Below, piece after piece: positions 32,964 through 44,525 of a DNA stretch of 64,000 nt. A program made the position numbers and the translations under genes. How positions within the stretch are numbered: position 1 is the stretch's first letter; each line of letters starts with the position of its first letter. A model generated the notes under the pieces. That model saw nothing but the letters and a program-made list of their open reading frames with translations, did not search any database and was not told where the DNA came from. The stretch lies in contig JAKMXF010000011.1 of NCBI GenBank assembly GCA_024704765.1, forward strand, positions 851,557 to 915,556, read 5' to 3'. Source of the stretch: Oopsacas minuta. Lineage: Eukaryota > Animalia > Porifera.

Positions 32964-34439
32964 TTAAGGGTTAGAGGAGTGTAAACTAACAAAATGATAC
33001 AAACAACTTGATTCGGATAGACAGGCATAGTTAATACGGTATAAACAGATTTTGATTGCAGCCAAGGTTTTGAGTGAGCGAGCTTTATAAATAATTGGGT
33101 CCAATAAATTCGAAATTTCTGTTCTTTTACCTGACGCTAGCATAGTATCGTAGAAACGCAAACCATCATAAGAAATGGTATATGGATATGCACCAAGTTT
33201 CTGGAGTAAAAATATAATCATTTCCGTATCTCTTGAGTGTGCAGCTATATGTAGCGGTGTATAGCCAAGTTCTTTAATTCTGCTATTGACTTGGCAGGAC
33301 ATTAGATTCGCAACTGAATACCATACTTTATCATGAATTAATGAGAGAAATCTCTTGAAATATTTACTTGTTCTGTTTCCAAAGGTTTGAGCTTTAACCC
33401 ATGATTCCTTTGTTGATATCAAAATATGTAAAACAATTTCTGATTTCAATTCTTTAGATAATAAACTCACTAATGCCACATTTCCTTCATCTCTATGAAC
33501 TAATATTTCCCATAACCCTATAAATATTGTTAACAACAAAAAAATTACGTGATTTTTCCTCATTTTAAGTTGATAAGTAGTATTACCAAACTTAAGAGGA
33601 TACCTTTTCAAATTCACTGTAGATTGGGGATAGGTTATATTGAGAAACCAGCTAATGGCGCCTATTATTTCAAGTTCATTACCCCTGAATGAGACAATTT
33701 CATCAATCGATTCTCTACAGTGGTAAGATGGTAAATTGTAAATAGAAGCAAATGCTTTCAACCCGAAACATTTCAAAATTTGTATCAAAATACGTACAAT
33801 TGACTCTAAGGATAATTCGATATTAGCTGGCTGGTGTGGGAAAGAAATCCCGTGTTTGACTACAGCTCTAAGAAGAGCTCTGTAATTCTTTTCAGGTGTC
33901 AAAGCTTTCAAAAGTGACAGTTTATACAATTCTTGTAATTTAAAATCAAGTGGATAATGAATAAACAGAATATCCTGTGCTCCAGGGTGTATGTGATGAT
34001 AAAGTTGCGTGTATGTGAGGGGAGAAAAATTATGAACGTTAGTTTTCAAAGTAGCTCCATGGTCCATTAAGATTAAACACACATCACGTAAGATTGGGTT
34101 TAATCCTCCCATCATATTAGCTTGAGATATATGCGGAAACTGAACAAGAAATTCAGGTATATGTAAATCGTCGAATCGTTGTATCGTATACAATTGAGCC
34201 ATGCAAAGAGGCGTGAAGCCAAATTCAGACTCGAAATCCACAATAAAACCAGCATTCAGAAAAGATACAATCGTTTTGTAATTAACTTTAACAGACTTAT
34301 TTGTATTTATGACTGCAAGTATGAACCAATGTAGAGCAGACAATCCATAAGAATCTTTATAATTTGGATCGAAAGATTGTAAAGTATGGAAATCAGAATT
34401 GCCTGACATCAAGGCTGCATGCCAGCCCTGTGATTGCAT
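32964..34439 (-). CDS. Divergent ankyrin-repeat protein with a C-terminal BC/VHL-box-like motif (FEM1-like), paralog 1
   Basis: ANK-like DPNYKDSYGLSALHW, GFTPLCMA and GYTPLHIAA...FLLQKLGA. The terminal SLKTLAAIKI...Y......LYHFVSLH resembles the FEM1 C-terminus. Confidence 0.65.
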   Translation of the reverse strand: MQSQGWHAALMSGNSDFHTLQSFDPNYKDSYGLSALHWFILAVINTNKSVKVNYKTIVSFLNAGFIVDFESEFGFTPLCMAQLYTIQRFDDLHIPEFLVQFPHISQANMMGGLNPILRDVCLILMDHGATLKTNVHNFSPLTYTQLYHHIHPGAQDILFIHYPLDFKLQELYKLSLLKALTPEKNYRALLRAVVKHGISFPHQPANIELSLESIVRILIQILKCFGLKAFASIYNLPSYHCRESIDEIVSFRGNELEIIGAISWFLNITYPQSTVNLKRYPLKFGNTTYQLKMRKNHVIFLLLTIFIGLWEILVHRDEGNVALVSLLSKELKSEIVLHILISTKESWVKAQTFGNRTSKYFKRFLSLIHDKVWYSVANLMSCQVNSRIKELGYTPLHIAAHSRDTEMIIFLLQKLGAYPYTISYDGLRFYDTMLASGKRTEISNLLDPIIYKARSLKTLAAIKICLYRINYACLSESSCLYHFVSLHSSNP

Positions 34440-34632
34440 TAATTAAAACCTAAGAAGAACTAGGGAACAGGCTGATAATAGTATCTCAATATAATCATCT
34501 CTTAATAGTTCACAGCAAATTACTGTTATAATTTAAAATGTCAGGAAAATCAGATAGAAAAATAATTTTGTAAAAAATTTATTTTTAAGAAAAACATAAG
34601 TCTGAATTTCATACAGAAAAATGCAAATATTA

Positions 34633-36198
34633 TTATTTATAAACTGGCATGTGTAGTCTGATAAAATAATCCATACCTCTAGCAAATGTTCCATACTGTT
34701 CATAGTGACGAGCAATAATGACAGCACAAAGTGTTTTCAGAGGACGCACACGATTTTTGAAATGATAAATATAAAGTACAAAGGTCTGAATATTCGTTAT
34801 TTGGTCATATAGATAGCAATCGTGGGTCCTATCAGGAATTACTTCATAGAAATTCATTCCTGCAGATGAAACGACGTACGGGTAAGCACCAACATCTTCT
34901 AGCAGAAAATGAATAAGATTTGTGTCAAGCTCCCCTGCAGCATAATGCAAAGGTGTTTGTCCTAGTGTAACACAACGATCATTAACTTGACTAGCCATGA
35001 GAGCAACAACTTTATACCAAAGTTTATTTTTAATAAGTGTAATAATTTGAGCAAAATATACTTCCTCTCTTTCCTCTCTATTCTGTAGAATATTTTGAAT
35101 AGAAAACGTTAAGGCCACATTACTTAGCGACCATTCAGTCTTCAACAAGATAAGTTTCTGAATTAAAGAATTAACCCCAAATTCTTGTGTTAATTGATGC
35201 ATTAACGTAGAAGTATTCGGGTATGAGCCCTCAAACGACTCCCAAACTGCAATGAAAATAGTCAAAAATAAGAATTTACCTTCACTAAGAGATAATTGCA
35301 CTTTTTGAAGCCTTTTGTTTGAATTATTTGATATAAGTTGAGTTTTGAAAGAGTTAATTGCTCCTATAACTTCTAATACTTGACTCTTAGGACTCTTGAC
35401 AATTTCAAAGTCATGACCTCCACAATGATAAGATGGTAAATTGTAAATATAAGAAAATGTTTCCGATTTGAAACATTCCTCAATTTGTATCAAAATACGT
35501 ACAATTGACTCTAAGGATAATTCGATATTAGCTGGCTGGTGTGGGAAAGAAATCCCGTGTTTGACTACAGTTTTAAGAAGAGCTCTGTAGTTATTTTCAG
35601 GTGTCAAAGCTTTCAAAAGTGACAGTTTATACAATTCTTGTAACTCTATATTATGCTGGTAGTTGGCTAGAAGCGAATCTTGAGGATGTGGATGTATATG
35701 GTAATACAGTTGGGTGTATGATAGAGGAGAAAAAGTAGAATTGTTTGTTCTCAAAGTAGCACCGTGACGTAATAATATGTCACAAACATTCATAAGAACC
35801 TTATGGTTAGGACGAGTAGGCTGGTGTGACAAATGTGTATTAGCTAGTTTGTCGACATACTTCAGTGAAGATATATCACATAATTGCTGAATATTTCTGA
35901 GATATGCCATACACAGTGAGGTGAAACCAGAATTACATTGTGAATCGATTCGAAAACCTTCACCTATCAAAACTTCAATACATTTATAAATACACATATT
36001 TCTAGTAATTTTTGGGTTGATAAGAGTTTTGATAATGAGCCAGTGTAAGGCGGTCAGGCCATTGGGATCGCTTGAGTTTGGATCACTGTTAAGTAGGCTA
36101 CCGGATTGGAATGGTTCCATGCTATCAGAGATCAACGCTTCATGCCATGCTGAAGCTTTCTCAGGATAACTGGACGTTTGTACTCTGAATAAAGACAT
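34633..36198 (-). CDS. Divergent ankyrin-repeat protein with a C-terminal BC/VHL-box-like motif (FEM1-like), paralog 2
   Basis: DPNSSDPNGLTALHW, GFTSLCMA, GQTPLHYAA...FLLEDVGA and PLKTLCAVII...MDYFIRLH; colinear with paralog 1. The first in-frame ATG is 36198; the track starts at a TTG (36267). Confidence 0.65.
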   Translation of the reverse strand: MSLFRVQTSSYPEKASAWHEALISDSMEPFQSGSLLNSDPNSSDPNGLTALHWLIIKTLINPKITRNMCIYKCIEVLIGEGFRIDSQCNSGFTSLCMAYLRNIQQLCDISSLKYVDKLANTHLSHQPTRPNHKVLMNVCDILLRHGATLRTNNSTFSPLSYTQLYYHIHPHPQDSLLANYQHNIELQELYKLSLLKALTPENNYRALLKTVVKHGISFPHQPANIELSLESIVRILIQIEECFKSETFSYIYNLPSYHCGGHDFEIVKSPKSQVLEVIGAINSFKTQLISNNSNKRLQKVQLSLSEGKFLFLTIFIAVWESFEGSYPNTSTLMHQLTQEFGVNSLIQKLILLKTEWSLSNVALTFSIQNILQNREEREEVYFAQIITLIKNKLWYKVVALMASQVNDRCVTLGQTPLHYAAGELDTNLIHFLLEDVGAYPYVVSSAGMNFYEVIPDRTHDCYLYDQITNIQTFVLYIYHFKNRVRPLKTLCAVIIARHYEQYGTFARGMDYFIRLHMPVYK

Positions 36199-36733
36199 TG
36201 TATTTTCGTAACAGGATATAATTGCGAGGAATATATTATTGCAAGAGCATATTATTAATGTATTCAAGAGTTAACAGCCTATAGTCAAATATTACGTACA
36301 TTATTTTTGCATTGGTAGAGTTTCACATGATGGATTTTTAGATAAATGAATTATTATTGATTACCATGGACTCTGTGTGACATCTTCCGTGCAGCTATTC
36401 ACTCCATAAGTATTTCTAACAAACTAAGTAATGATATCAGAAATATGATACATTAGAGTGATACCTAAGTTGAAAGACACAATTGAATTCGACACGTAAC
36501 ATTTTATATTGAATTAGCTCATTTAATTCAACTAATATATCATTACTTCAAATATTCACATTTGCTAGGAAGTGGTGTAAATAACAGCTGTTCCAAAATA
36601 TATGCATTCACGAGTATTGTTGACATAGCCTGGGGCTTATAAGACTAGTCTCGTAGAAAAAAAGCAATATCCAAAAGACAATTTCCATTAAAATGGCCAT
36701 ATAGTGTTACAGTACACCAACCAGACATTACTA

Positions 36734-38038
36734 ATGTTATTATTGGATAGTAAGAGAAGGAAATATACTTTCTACATTTTGGTAATTTGTGTTCAGATCG
36801 TGATCGTAGCATACGTATGGATAAATGTCAATTCTCAGAAAAATGTGCTTGTAAACTGGCAAGACAATAGAGATTTGGGTTCCGTCTTGAATTCGCAGTA
36901 CATTTCGCTTGAAAATCATTCTAAATCAGGTTTTGATAGCACAGATAAAAAGGAATATAATCTAGAGAATTTCCTGCATTCAAATTGGATGGAGTATAGG
37001 GATAGATGGAATGGAGAAGAACTTGTATCAATGAATGATAGGATAATAACATTTTCACCAAAATATTGGGAAGTTATGCAAACGAAAGGCAACCATTGGT
37101 TAACTGAAAACTACCCCGTATTTGCGGAGAGAGCTCTTCAAGCTGAAAAGTATTGCGCATTATTAAGGGAACAATCTACTTTCGATTCACTAGACACAAC
37201 TGGTAGAAGACTAGTGTATGTGGATAAGTATGAGATATTAGGTTGTAACGTGCCGAAAGCAAGCTCTACTACCATGACCAAAACTTACATGAGACTTGAT
37301 CAAGTACTTCTTGATCATCAATTGCATAAAGGCCCAGGAGGAAGTAGTCTAAATATTTCTATGTCTAATAGCCTTGATGATAATCATGTAAATGCCAGAC
37401 GTATCCAAACATATTTGAAAGTAGTATTAACAAGGCATCCGTTTAGTTGGATTGGTTCAAAATACTATTTTAAAGTTAATAATTTCGCTAATAAAGAATT
37501 TCAGAGAGAAGAGTGTCCAGAAATAATTAAGAGTCTCTACTTAGGAGGATTACCTACTAATGAAAATAAATTCATTAACGATCGTCAGAAACTATATGAA
37601 CATTTGAGTGACAGAGAGTTCGAAGAGAAATTATTTCAAATACGGAGATATAATGCTGGCCCTGGGAAGTACAATGTGACGCTACTTGAGTATATTCAAT
37701 CACTAATTTATGCTAGAAAGAAGTTCAAGAACGTCTACGCAGGTCAAAGTCGTATATGTAATCCATGTGCAGTGCATTATGATGTAATTTTGCAGTGCAC
37801 AAATGGGTTTGAAGAAATTAATCGAGTTTTAGACTTTATTCAAAGAGACAAACCTAGTGAAAAACGAGTACATTATCCATTGGGAACATCGTTTTTCTCT
37901 CAAGCAAAATGCAACGAGGAATTCTCAGCAATACCCATTGATATCCGTGAAAAACTCTACCAATTTTATGAAGTTGATTTTATGCTTTTTGGCTATGAAT
38001 TCCAAAACGATCCTGAAAATCTTAATGCTTGTTATTAA
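36734..38038 (+). CDS. Golgi type II carbohydrate sulfotransferase (Sulfotransfer_2, CHST8-14/HNK-1ST family-like)
   Basis: N-terminal TM helix, 5'-PSB CNVPKASST, 3'-PB LTRHPFSWIGS, CNPCAVHYD and LYQFYEVDFMLFGY. The first ATG is 36734; the track starts at a GTG. Confidence 0.88.
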   Translation: MLLLDSKRRKYTFYILVICVQIVIVAYVWINVNSQKNVLVNWQDNRDLGSVLNSQYISLENHSKSGFDSTDKKEYNLENFLHSNWMEYRDRWNGEELVSMNDRIITFSPKYWEVMQTKGNHWLTENYPVFAERALQAEKYCALLREQSTFDSLDTTGRRLVYVDKYEILGCNVPKASSTTMTKTYMRLDQVLLDHQLHKGPGGSSLNISMSNSLDDNHVNARRIQTYLKVVLTRHPFSWIGSKYYFKVNNFANKEFQREECPEIIKSLYLGGLPTNENKFINDRQKLYEHLSDREFEEKLFQIRRYNAGPGKYNVTLLEYIQSLIYARKKFKNVYAGQSRICNPCAVHYDVILQCTNGFEEINRVLDFIQRDKPSEKRVHYPLGTSFFSQAKCNEEFSAIPIDIREKLYQFYEVDFMLFGYEFQNDPENLNACY

Positions 38039-41000
38039 ATCTATCAATTTATCTATGAGTTTCTTGTTTTCTTCCAATATTTGGGCTGTTTCTTTTCTAT
38101 AGCAGCTTTCTATACTAGTTTCGCTGAAAAATATATTTGCAAAAGCATTGGTTTTTGCAAATATTTACAAAAGAAAAACCGATTTTTCAATGCAAGTATT
38201 ATCCATTGTAAAGCTTTCGTATTAAATTATGTAATCCATGGTATAATTTTACCTTTTAGATGATTACGATGACGAGTTAACCTATCTGTCCACTCAAATT
38301 GACTGAATATTTGCAGTCTGGATCAATTATAATTAGGCCGAGGTGTCTCTGTAGGGCATGGAAAAGTTGGAGAAATATGTAATTTACCTCATTATCATGT
38401 TTCATCAGATATCATGTTTTAATAAGTTTGCCTTTTTGAAACAAAACCTTGGGTTCTAGCTCATCCCATTCCGGGAGTGATAAAATATTATGTCTAAGCC
38501 AAACAAAGTTGTATTAATGCATTCTGTTTAATCAAGGTTAAAGTGGAGTTCATTTCAACTATTTCTTAACATCGTTACCCTTACTGCTCCCCTGTTAATT
38601 AATGGAGTTTAACTGAAAGTGATTACTATACAATAGACAATGAATTTTGCACAAGATCCCCTTTCTTTAGCTAATGGAATATATACACGAGGAAGAAAAT
38701 TGATGTACGTAATTGAAAGTATACTTTAGTGCGATGCTGTTAATATTATACAAATCCATTTTTTCCTATTAATTACTTTTATAGTATATTTTAAGAATGT
38801 TCGATTTCATATCTACAAAATTTACATATGTAAAGTAGAACCGTTGACTCGAAATATCATCATTACAAGCTATAAATGTATAAAATATATTACGTAACAA
38901 TGGGAAGTTTATTTGTACTTCAAATTTCAATGTAATAATATTTGAATGAGATCAAATCTTTATCACAAAATTCTAAGGTTATAATCTCCACAAAAGGTAA
39001 CATTATATTAACTCGTATGATATGACATAAGTCACTAACTGGCCTCATTTATACACATGTCAATTAATTACAAATATTGCTCTTGGAATTTTCATAACCA
39101 TGATTCCTGTAAAGTTGACACAAGGGTTGAATAAGGAAGCCGAAATATTAATAGAGTATTATGATATATTACAGGAATGTATTTTATTATCAAAAGGCAA
39201 TGCAAGAGGTTTCATTGCATAGAAATTCGTAAAGAACAGATATTATCAATTAAAGCTATTCAAATTTATTAACCATACTAAACTCGATTGTTATCTTCAC
39301 CCAAGCAACGGCTGGTTTATACAGATAACATTAATGGTATTCAATTGGGTTAATTGATTCTCTGAATTTGTAAATGTGTAAATTCATTGCATTTTTTATA
39401 TGAATATGCGAATAAATATTGCAAATATTTATGCTATGAATTATATGAAGATATTTGTGATTTTTAAGGAGAGAATCTATAGTTGAATATGCAATTAACC
39501 TATAATTAATGAGAAGATTAATGAGATCAAATTAACTTCATATACACTGTACTGCAATCATCATCTTCTATAGAGTTCAAATTGCTAATTTAAGGCGGTA
39601 GGTGTATGAAATTAACTAATATGTCCTGTGGCTTAAATCACACTACTATGTATAACAAATCTAGTTGTTTGCTATTACAAATTTCTCCAAACTTTTACAA
39701 AGAATTCCAGATTAATATATGATGGTTTAATTTATGTGTGCGTCACACATTTGACAAAAATATAAAGCAATCTGAATCTGAAAATATGTTGACAGAATAT
39801 ATGTAAACATAAGGCACAGTAAAAAGCTTTTTCCAGACAATTTTACCATATTAATAACATAATTTGTAAAAGCTACTTTGAATCCTCTTGTAAAATCACC
39901 AATTAAGAACGCCTAGAAACACATTCCAGTGCATTTTCTACTTCAGATTAAAGCTTGATTCTTAGAAATTTAATAGACGAAATATTCATGCAGTGTGCAA
40001 CATTATTTTTCATCAGAATTCATTTAATTCACGACAGATTGTTGCATGTTTGATAACAGACAACATCATATAGATTTCAAGGCAAATTTTACTAATATCT
40101 GGCGCTATTCATAAGAATCCTGAATGAAAATGTTGTAAAGATCAGTACAGCTTCTCGAGACAAACTGGTCAGAATTCTTTTGCCAAAATAATACGCGAAA
40201 GGTTCCTAGCATTTCTCAAAGAATCAACCCAGTAGCACAACACACAGATGGTATCTCAATACCCTTCTATTCTATAATTGCTTTCTCCACAGTTAGAGAA
40301 GTTCAATTATTAAGGAATGTGTATTCACATTATCTAATATCTATCGAGTGAGCTGTTAAGTATTAATATGAATTATTCTAGACCTGGCTTCCCATTTGGT
40401 ACGCTCATTGTATCTACATACTCTTTCCATGTATTAGAATAGTCATGAACAAGTATGGTATTGAACCATTCCAAAGTATGCATAGCTGTAACTTAGTGTA
40501 TAGAACCTTAGAGCTGGGATATATATTAGCTCAGGATTTCATGCTGAAGCACTGCCTTGCTTCAAATTTCAATCTTTTTCTCATTTTCAAACGTTCAACT
40601 TATTTTTGAGTGTTTCATCACGATAATTGGTGAGTCACTTATTTATAATTCTATCTTTTGAAAATAAAATATTTAACTTTGCAATATTGTCTACATAATT
40701 GCGGTGTTTTCAACGATCCACACAATTCTATTTGGTTTTGATAAATACGTTCAACTTTACCATTTTTGAACTTCTGTCTATCCCATCACATATAAACTAT
40801 TGTACAATTCGCATTTTCCAAGCTAGATGTCAATCTGTATGGCAAATATTGGTAATGAGAATTCTGGAGTACATAATAGGTAGAAAATACCGGTTGTGTT
40901 GTAATTGGATATTTTACACAAGCAAATCGACTCTGCTAAATAATCATTTAATTAATGGAACTGTGCCACAAATATGTTACAAATTGTATGATCACAGATT

Positions 41001-41411
41001 TGTACTGATAATCAGTTCACAGTATTTGCCACTAGACAGAATGATCTACAGCACCTAGCTGTCTGTTCTGGCCTTAGGAATGTCCTTGCGGACACACGAC
41101 AATAATACCAATGCAAATATATGTTGCATTATTGCACTAGGAATCGCCTTGGTTGTTCAGGTTTCGACCCGACCAACATATTGACTGATAGTTGCTCCAT
41201 ATACGGATATGTCAACCTGACCAATTGAAGTCTGCTTGCCCCCCCTATACGGATACGCCATGTGATTAGCTAATTAGTTAACGTTCAAATTGGCATTAAT
41301 CGTGTTTCCGTAATCGTTATCATTTTATATTATTTGAATCACAATAACAACAACAGGCAACAGCTATTATAAACCACTAGAAAATCTTTGTTAGGATTAT
41401 ACACCATGAAC

Positions 41412-41438
41412 AATAATAATAATAATAATAATAATAAT
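41412..41438. repeat. (AAT)9 microsatellite
   Basis: Directly visible. Confidence 0.95.
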
Positions 41439-43208
41439 ATTCAGTACTCACAATGTGTGTGTGAAATTCCAATGAATAGTTTTGGTGACTTGAGCAAGAA
41501 ATTGTAATTCGGAATCGACCTCTATTCTGTTTTAAGAAATTTGCCAATAGCAGGGCAAGTCATTGCTCTCGTCATTAGAAACATTCGTTACATTCTTTGA
41601 CCAACTTTAGTTTGAATCACATTAAAATCTTCATCCTGATTATATTTTGATAAATATTCATTACATAATTGTTGATTATACAACTAATATTTGTGTTTTC
41701 TATCCAGGTCAGTATGACTGCATAATTTCCCATAAAATAATCCCAAACTGCATAATTTCCAATAAAAATATCCAAAAACAAAAATCCAATTGAAATCAAT
41801 CATTAAACTTAAAAACTTAGGAATTGCATCAACGTATGCTCTATGGGGGGTCTAGTACCAATTAATTTCATATCTACGAGGTACTTGATGGAATATTGTA
41901 GAGATTCATTGAAATCATAATTTTTAGAAAATAATGTTTAGATTCTCTATCCCAATAATATTTTTCAAATTATCAACTATACGGCTCTTCTACTACCGAA
42001 AAAACGCGTTTCCCTGAATTTCCTATCAATCCTGAACTATTTTTGCTAGCAACTTTTTCGCATTTCATTATTGGTCATTTGTCTCGCTATTTTGTTATTA
42101 TTGAATGCAAGTGAGGTCGTATTACGGTAGTAATATATTACCATGTAATTCATACCACTCACCTTGTTTTGACTGCTCACCTCTTCACACTAAGTTATTG
42201 GACCCTCATAAACAATAGTACAAGTGAGGTGCTACTTAACAAACAAATTTGCGAATATAATTTCGCTATTATCTCTTTAAACTCACAAAAGAGGTATCAA
42301 AACCATAATAATCGCGGTTTTCGTACATAAATACCGAGTGAAAGTAGAATTTTGATTCAAAACATTTTCTGCAAACTCCTATTTCAACTGACTTCAACCT
42401 TCAGCTTAACTTCCAATTTCAATTTCAACGGTTCGTTTAAGAGAACATTTTAGAATTAATTATCTCATAAAATTTTCTATCACTGAAATCACACATATTT
42501 GTAACCAAAATTATTTATCTATTCAATTCTATTAATTGATTTTTGAGCATGTAATAATCAGTATCAGCAAATATGCTAGCTATTTATTTCAGTGATTCGA
42601 TATTGAGAATTCTGACCTAATAATATGTTTTCCTATAGTAACTAAGTATTCTATTTTGGAGCGCACTTTCTTATGCAAATTCAGTGAATACTTCTATTAA
42701 ATATGCCTCAATTCACAATCTTCGTGCATAATACCATATATATGAAATTTCACATATTTTGCCAGATAACATAATTATTCTCAAAATATTACTTAAAAAT
42801 TTACTTTCATTGGTTAATCATTTCGAATTTTCAAGGTTTAAGCGCCGTTTTCGGTTTTTCATTGTACTTAACTGAGTTGGCATCATAGCTCACATTTGAT
42901 TCGTTAGATAATTTCAAGATTGAAGCATATAAATACTAGCTAATTCTGAAAGTTGTAATATTATTTTTCCAATTTGCTTTCAATTTCTAGTATTTTAATT
43001 ATCTGACATCTTTGTCTTTTCAATTTTGGTGAGTAATTTATTGTAGACAATATTTACAAAATTCTAAACTAAATTCTCAAAAGTATGTTTGAAGTATGAT
43101 GCTACATGCCCGCATTTCCAATTCTTAAATCTAGTAATGTATATGAATGTTATTTGAATGCGTTTATTTATCATAATTCATTCTACAGTATATTCATCAA
43201 TCTACAAA

Positions 43209-44525
43209 ATGAGTAAAGAAGAAAATCTAACTACAAGCCACGACTCTGAGAATGAGAGCAGTACATTCTTGACTATTCGTAGCAACAGTACTACTTACAG
43301 TAGCGATGATTCCGGTTCACGAACTGAATTTTCCCTCTCACCCAGCCTTGATTTTGCATCATCTGTAAACTCAAATTCATCACCTATGCCTGAAAGCTCT
43401 CGTGATGATTCATCAGATGATTTCGAAGATCCATCAAAACAATACGATCAACGCCGTATGGAGCAAGAGGATAAGAAAAAACAAATAATTAAGCCAACCA
43501 TACGACCACCAGTGAAACGCATTAATGCTGATGGTATTACTGAGAACCTTAGCAGTACAAATCTGTATATTCGTGGACTAGCTCCAAGAACAACTGATGA
43601 GGATCTAATACTACTCTGCAGTTGTTATGGAAAGATTACTTCAACAAAAGCTATACTGGATAAAACCAACAATCAGTGCAAAGGTTACGGCTTTGTTGAT
43701 TTTGAGAATCCTGATGATGCCCAGAAAGCTGTCATTGCCTTACAAGACCAAGGTATTCCTGCTCAGTTTGCAAAACAGCAAGAACAAGATCCCACAAATC
43801 TGTACTTCTCGAATCTTCCAAAGGGATTTGAAGAATGTGACCTTGAACAGCTGTTAGCACCAGTAGGCCATGTTGTTTCTACTCGGATATTGCGCGATCA
43901 GAACGGTATCTCCCGTGGCGTTGGCTTTGCAAGACTCGATTCACGTGAAAGATGCGAACATGCGATCAAAATTCTTAACAATAAGAAAATGCATGAGGAT
44001 ATTGAAGCTTTGGTTTGCAAATTTGCTGACGGTGCACCCAACAAAAAGCGCAATAAGGATTTGAAATATCATGATGGTAGTATGCAAGATCTGTCCTCTT
44101 CCAAAATGCAATCTGGTCGTTATTTACAAGCTGGATTCATTGCTAGTCCCGGTGGTTTCTACATGCCAGCTTATCATCCATCATTTGCTCCTTACGCTTT
44201 CAATGGCTCTTCATATGTTTCTCCACCTGCATACATTCTACAATCACCTAATCAATTACATGGAACAGCTGGCGATTCACTACCCTACATTGCAACTCAA
44301 ATGAATCAACTACAACTAAACGCACAGACATATGCTCCAGGACAGGTTAATCAACAATACATGCAGATCGGCAGTCCTATCGGAGGTTGGGCACTTGCAC
44401 AGCCCAGCATGATGGCTGATTCTGATACTGAATCTAAACACTCAAAATGCTCACATGATATGGTGGAAGATAGCACATTCCAGTTTACTTATTTTCACAA
44501 CGATTCTTGGGCAGTCAAACAGTAA
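43209..44525 (+). CDS. RBMS: RBMS1/2/3 (MSSP/shep)-like two-RRM RNA-binding protein
   Basis: [64 protein letters not shown] and CKFADG. The ATG at 43209 follows the acceptor TTCTACAG; an upstream in-frame ATG exists at 43158. Confidence 0.93.
   Translation: MSKEENLTTSHDSENESSTFLTIRSNSTTYSSDDSGSRTEFSLSPSLDFASSVNSNSSPMPESSRDDSSDDFEDPSKQYDQRRMEQEDKKKQIIKPTIRPPVKRINADGITENLSSTNLYIRGLAPRTTDEDLILLCSCYGKITSTKAILDKTNNQCKGYGFVDFENPDDAQKAVIALQDQGIPAQFAKQQEQDPTNLYFSNLPKGFEECDLEQLLAPVGHVVSTRILRDQNGISRGVGFARLDSRERCEHAIKILNNKKMHEDIEALVCKFADGAPNKKRNKDLKYHDGSMQDLSSSKMQSGRYLQAGFIASPGGFYMPAYHPSFAPYAFNGSSYVSPPAYILQSPNQLHGTAGDSLPYIATQMNQLQLNAQTYAPGQVNQQYMQIGSPIGGWALAQPSMMADSDTESKHSKCSHDMVEDSTFQFTYFHNDSWAVKQ

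Noticed and set aside
1453-36198. ELOC with the FEM1-like genes, or WDR62 with the con80 fusion, as functionally clustered systems
   Set aside because: The partners are 8-31 kb apart with unrelated genes between them; co-location in a gene-dense eukaryotic window is expected by chance.
38133-38164. 12-bp inverted repeat ATATTTGCAAAA...TTTTGCAAATAT downstream of the sulfotransferase
   Set aside because: It is low-complexity and AT-rich, so such hairpins are expected by chance.
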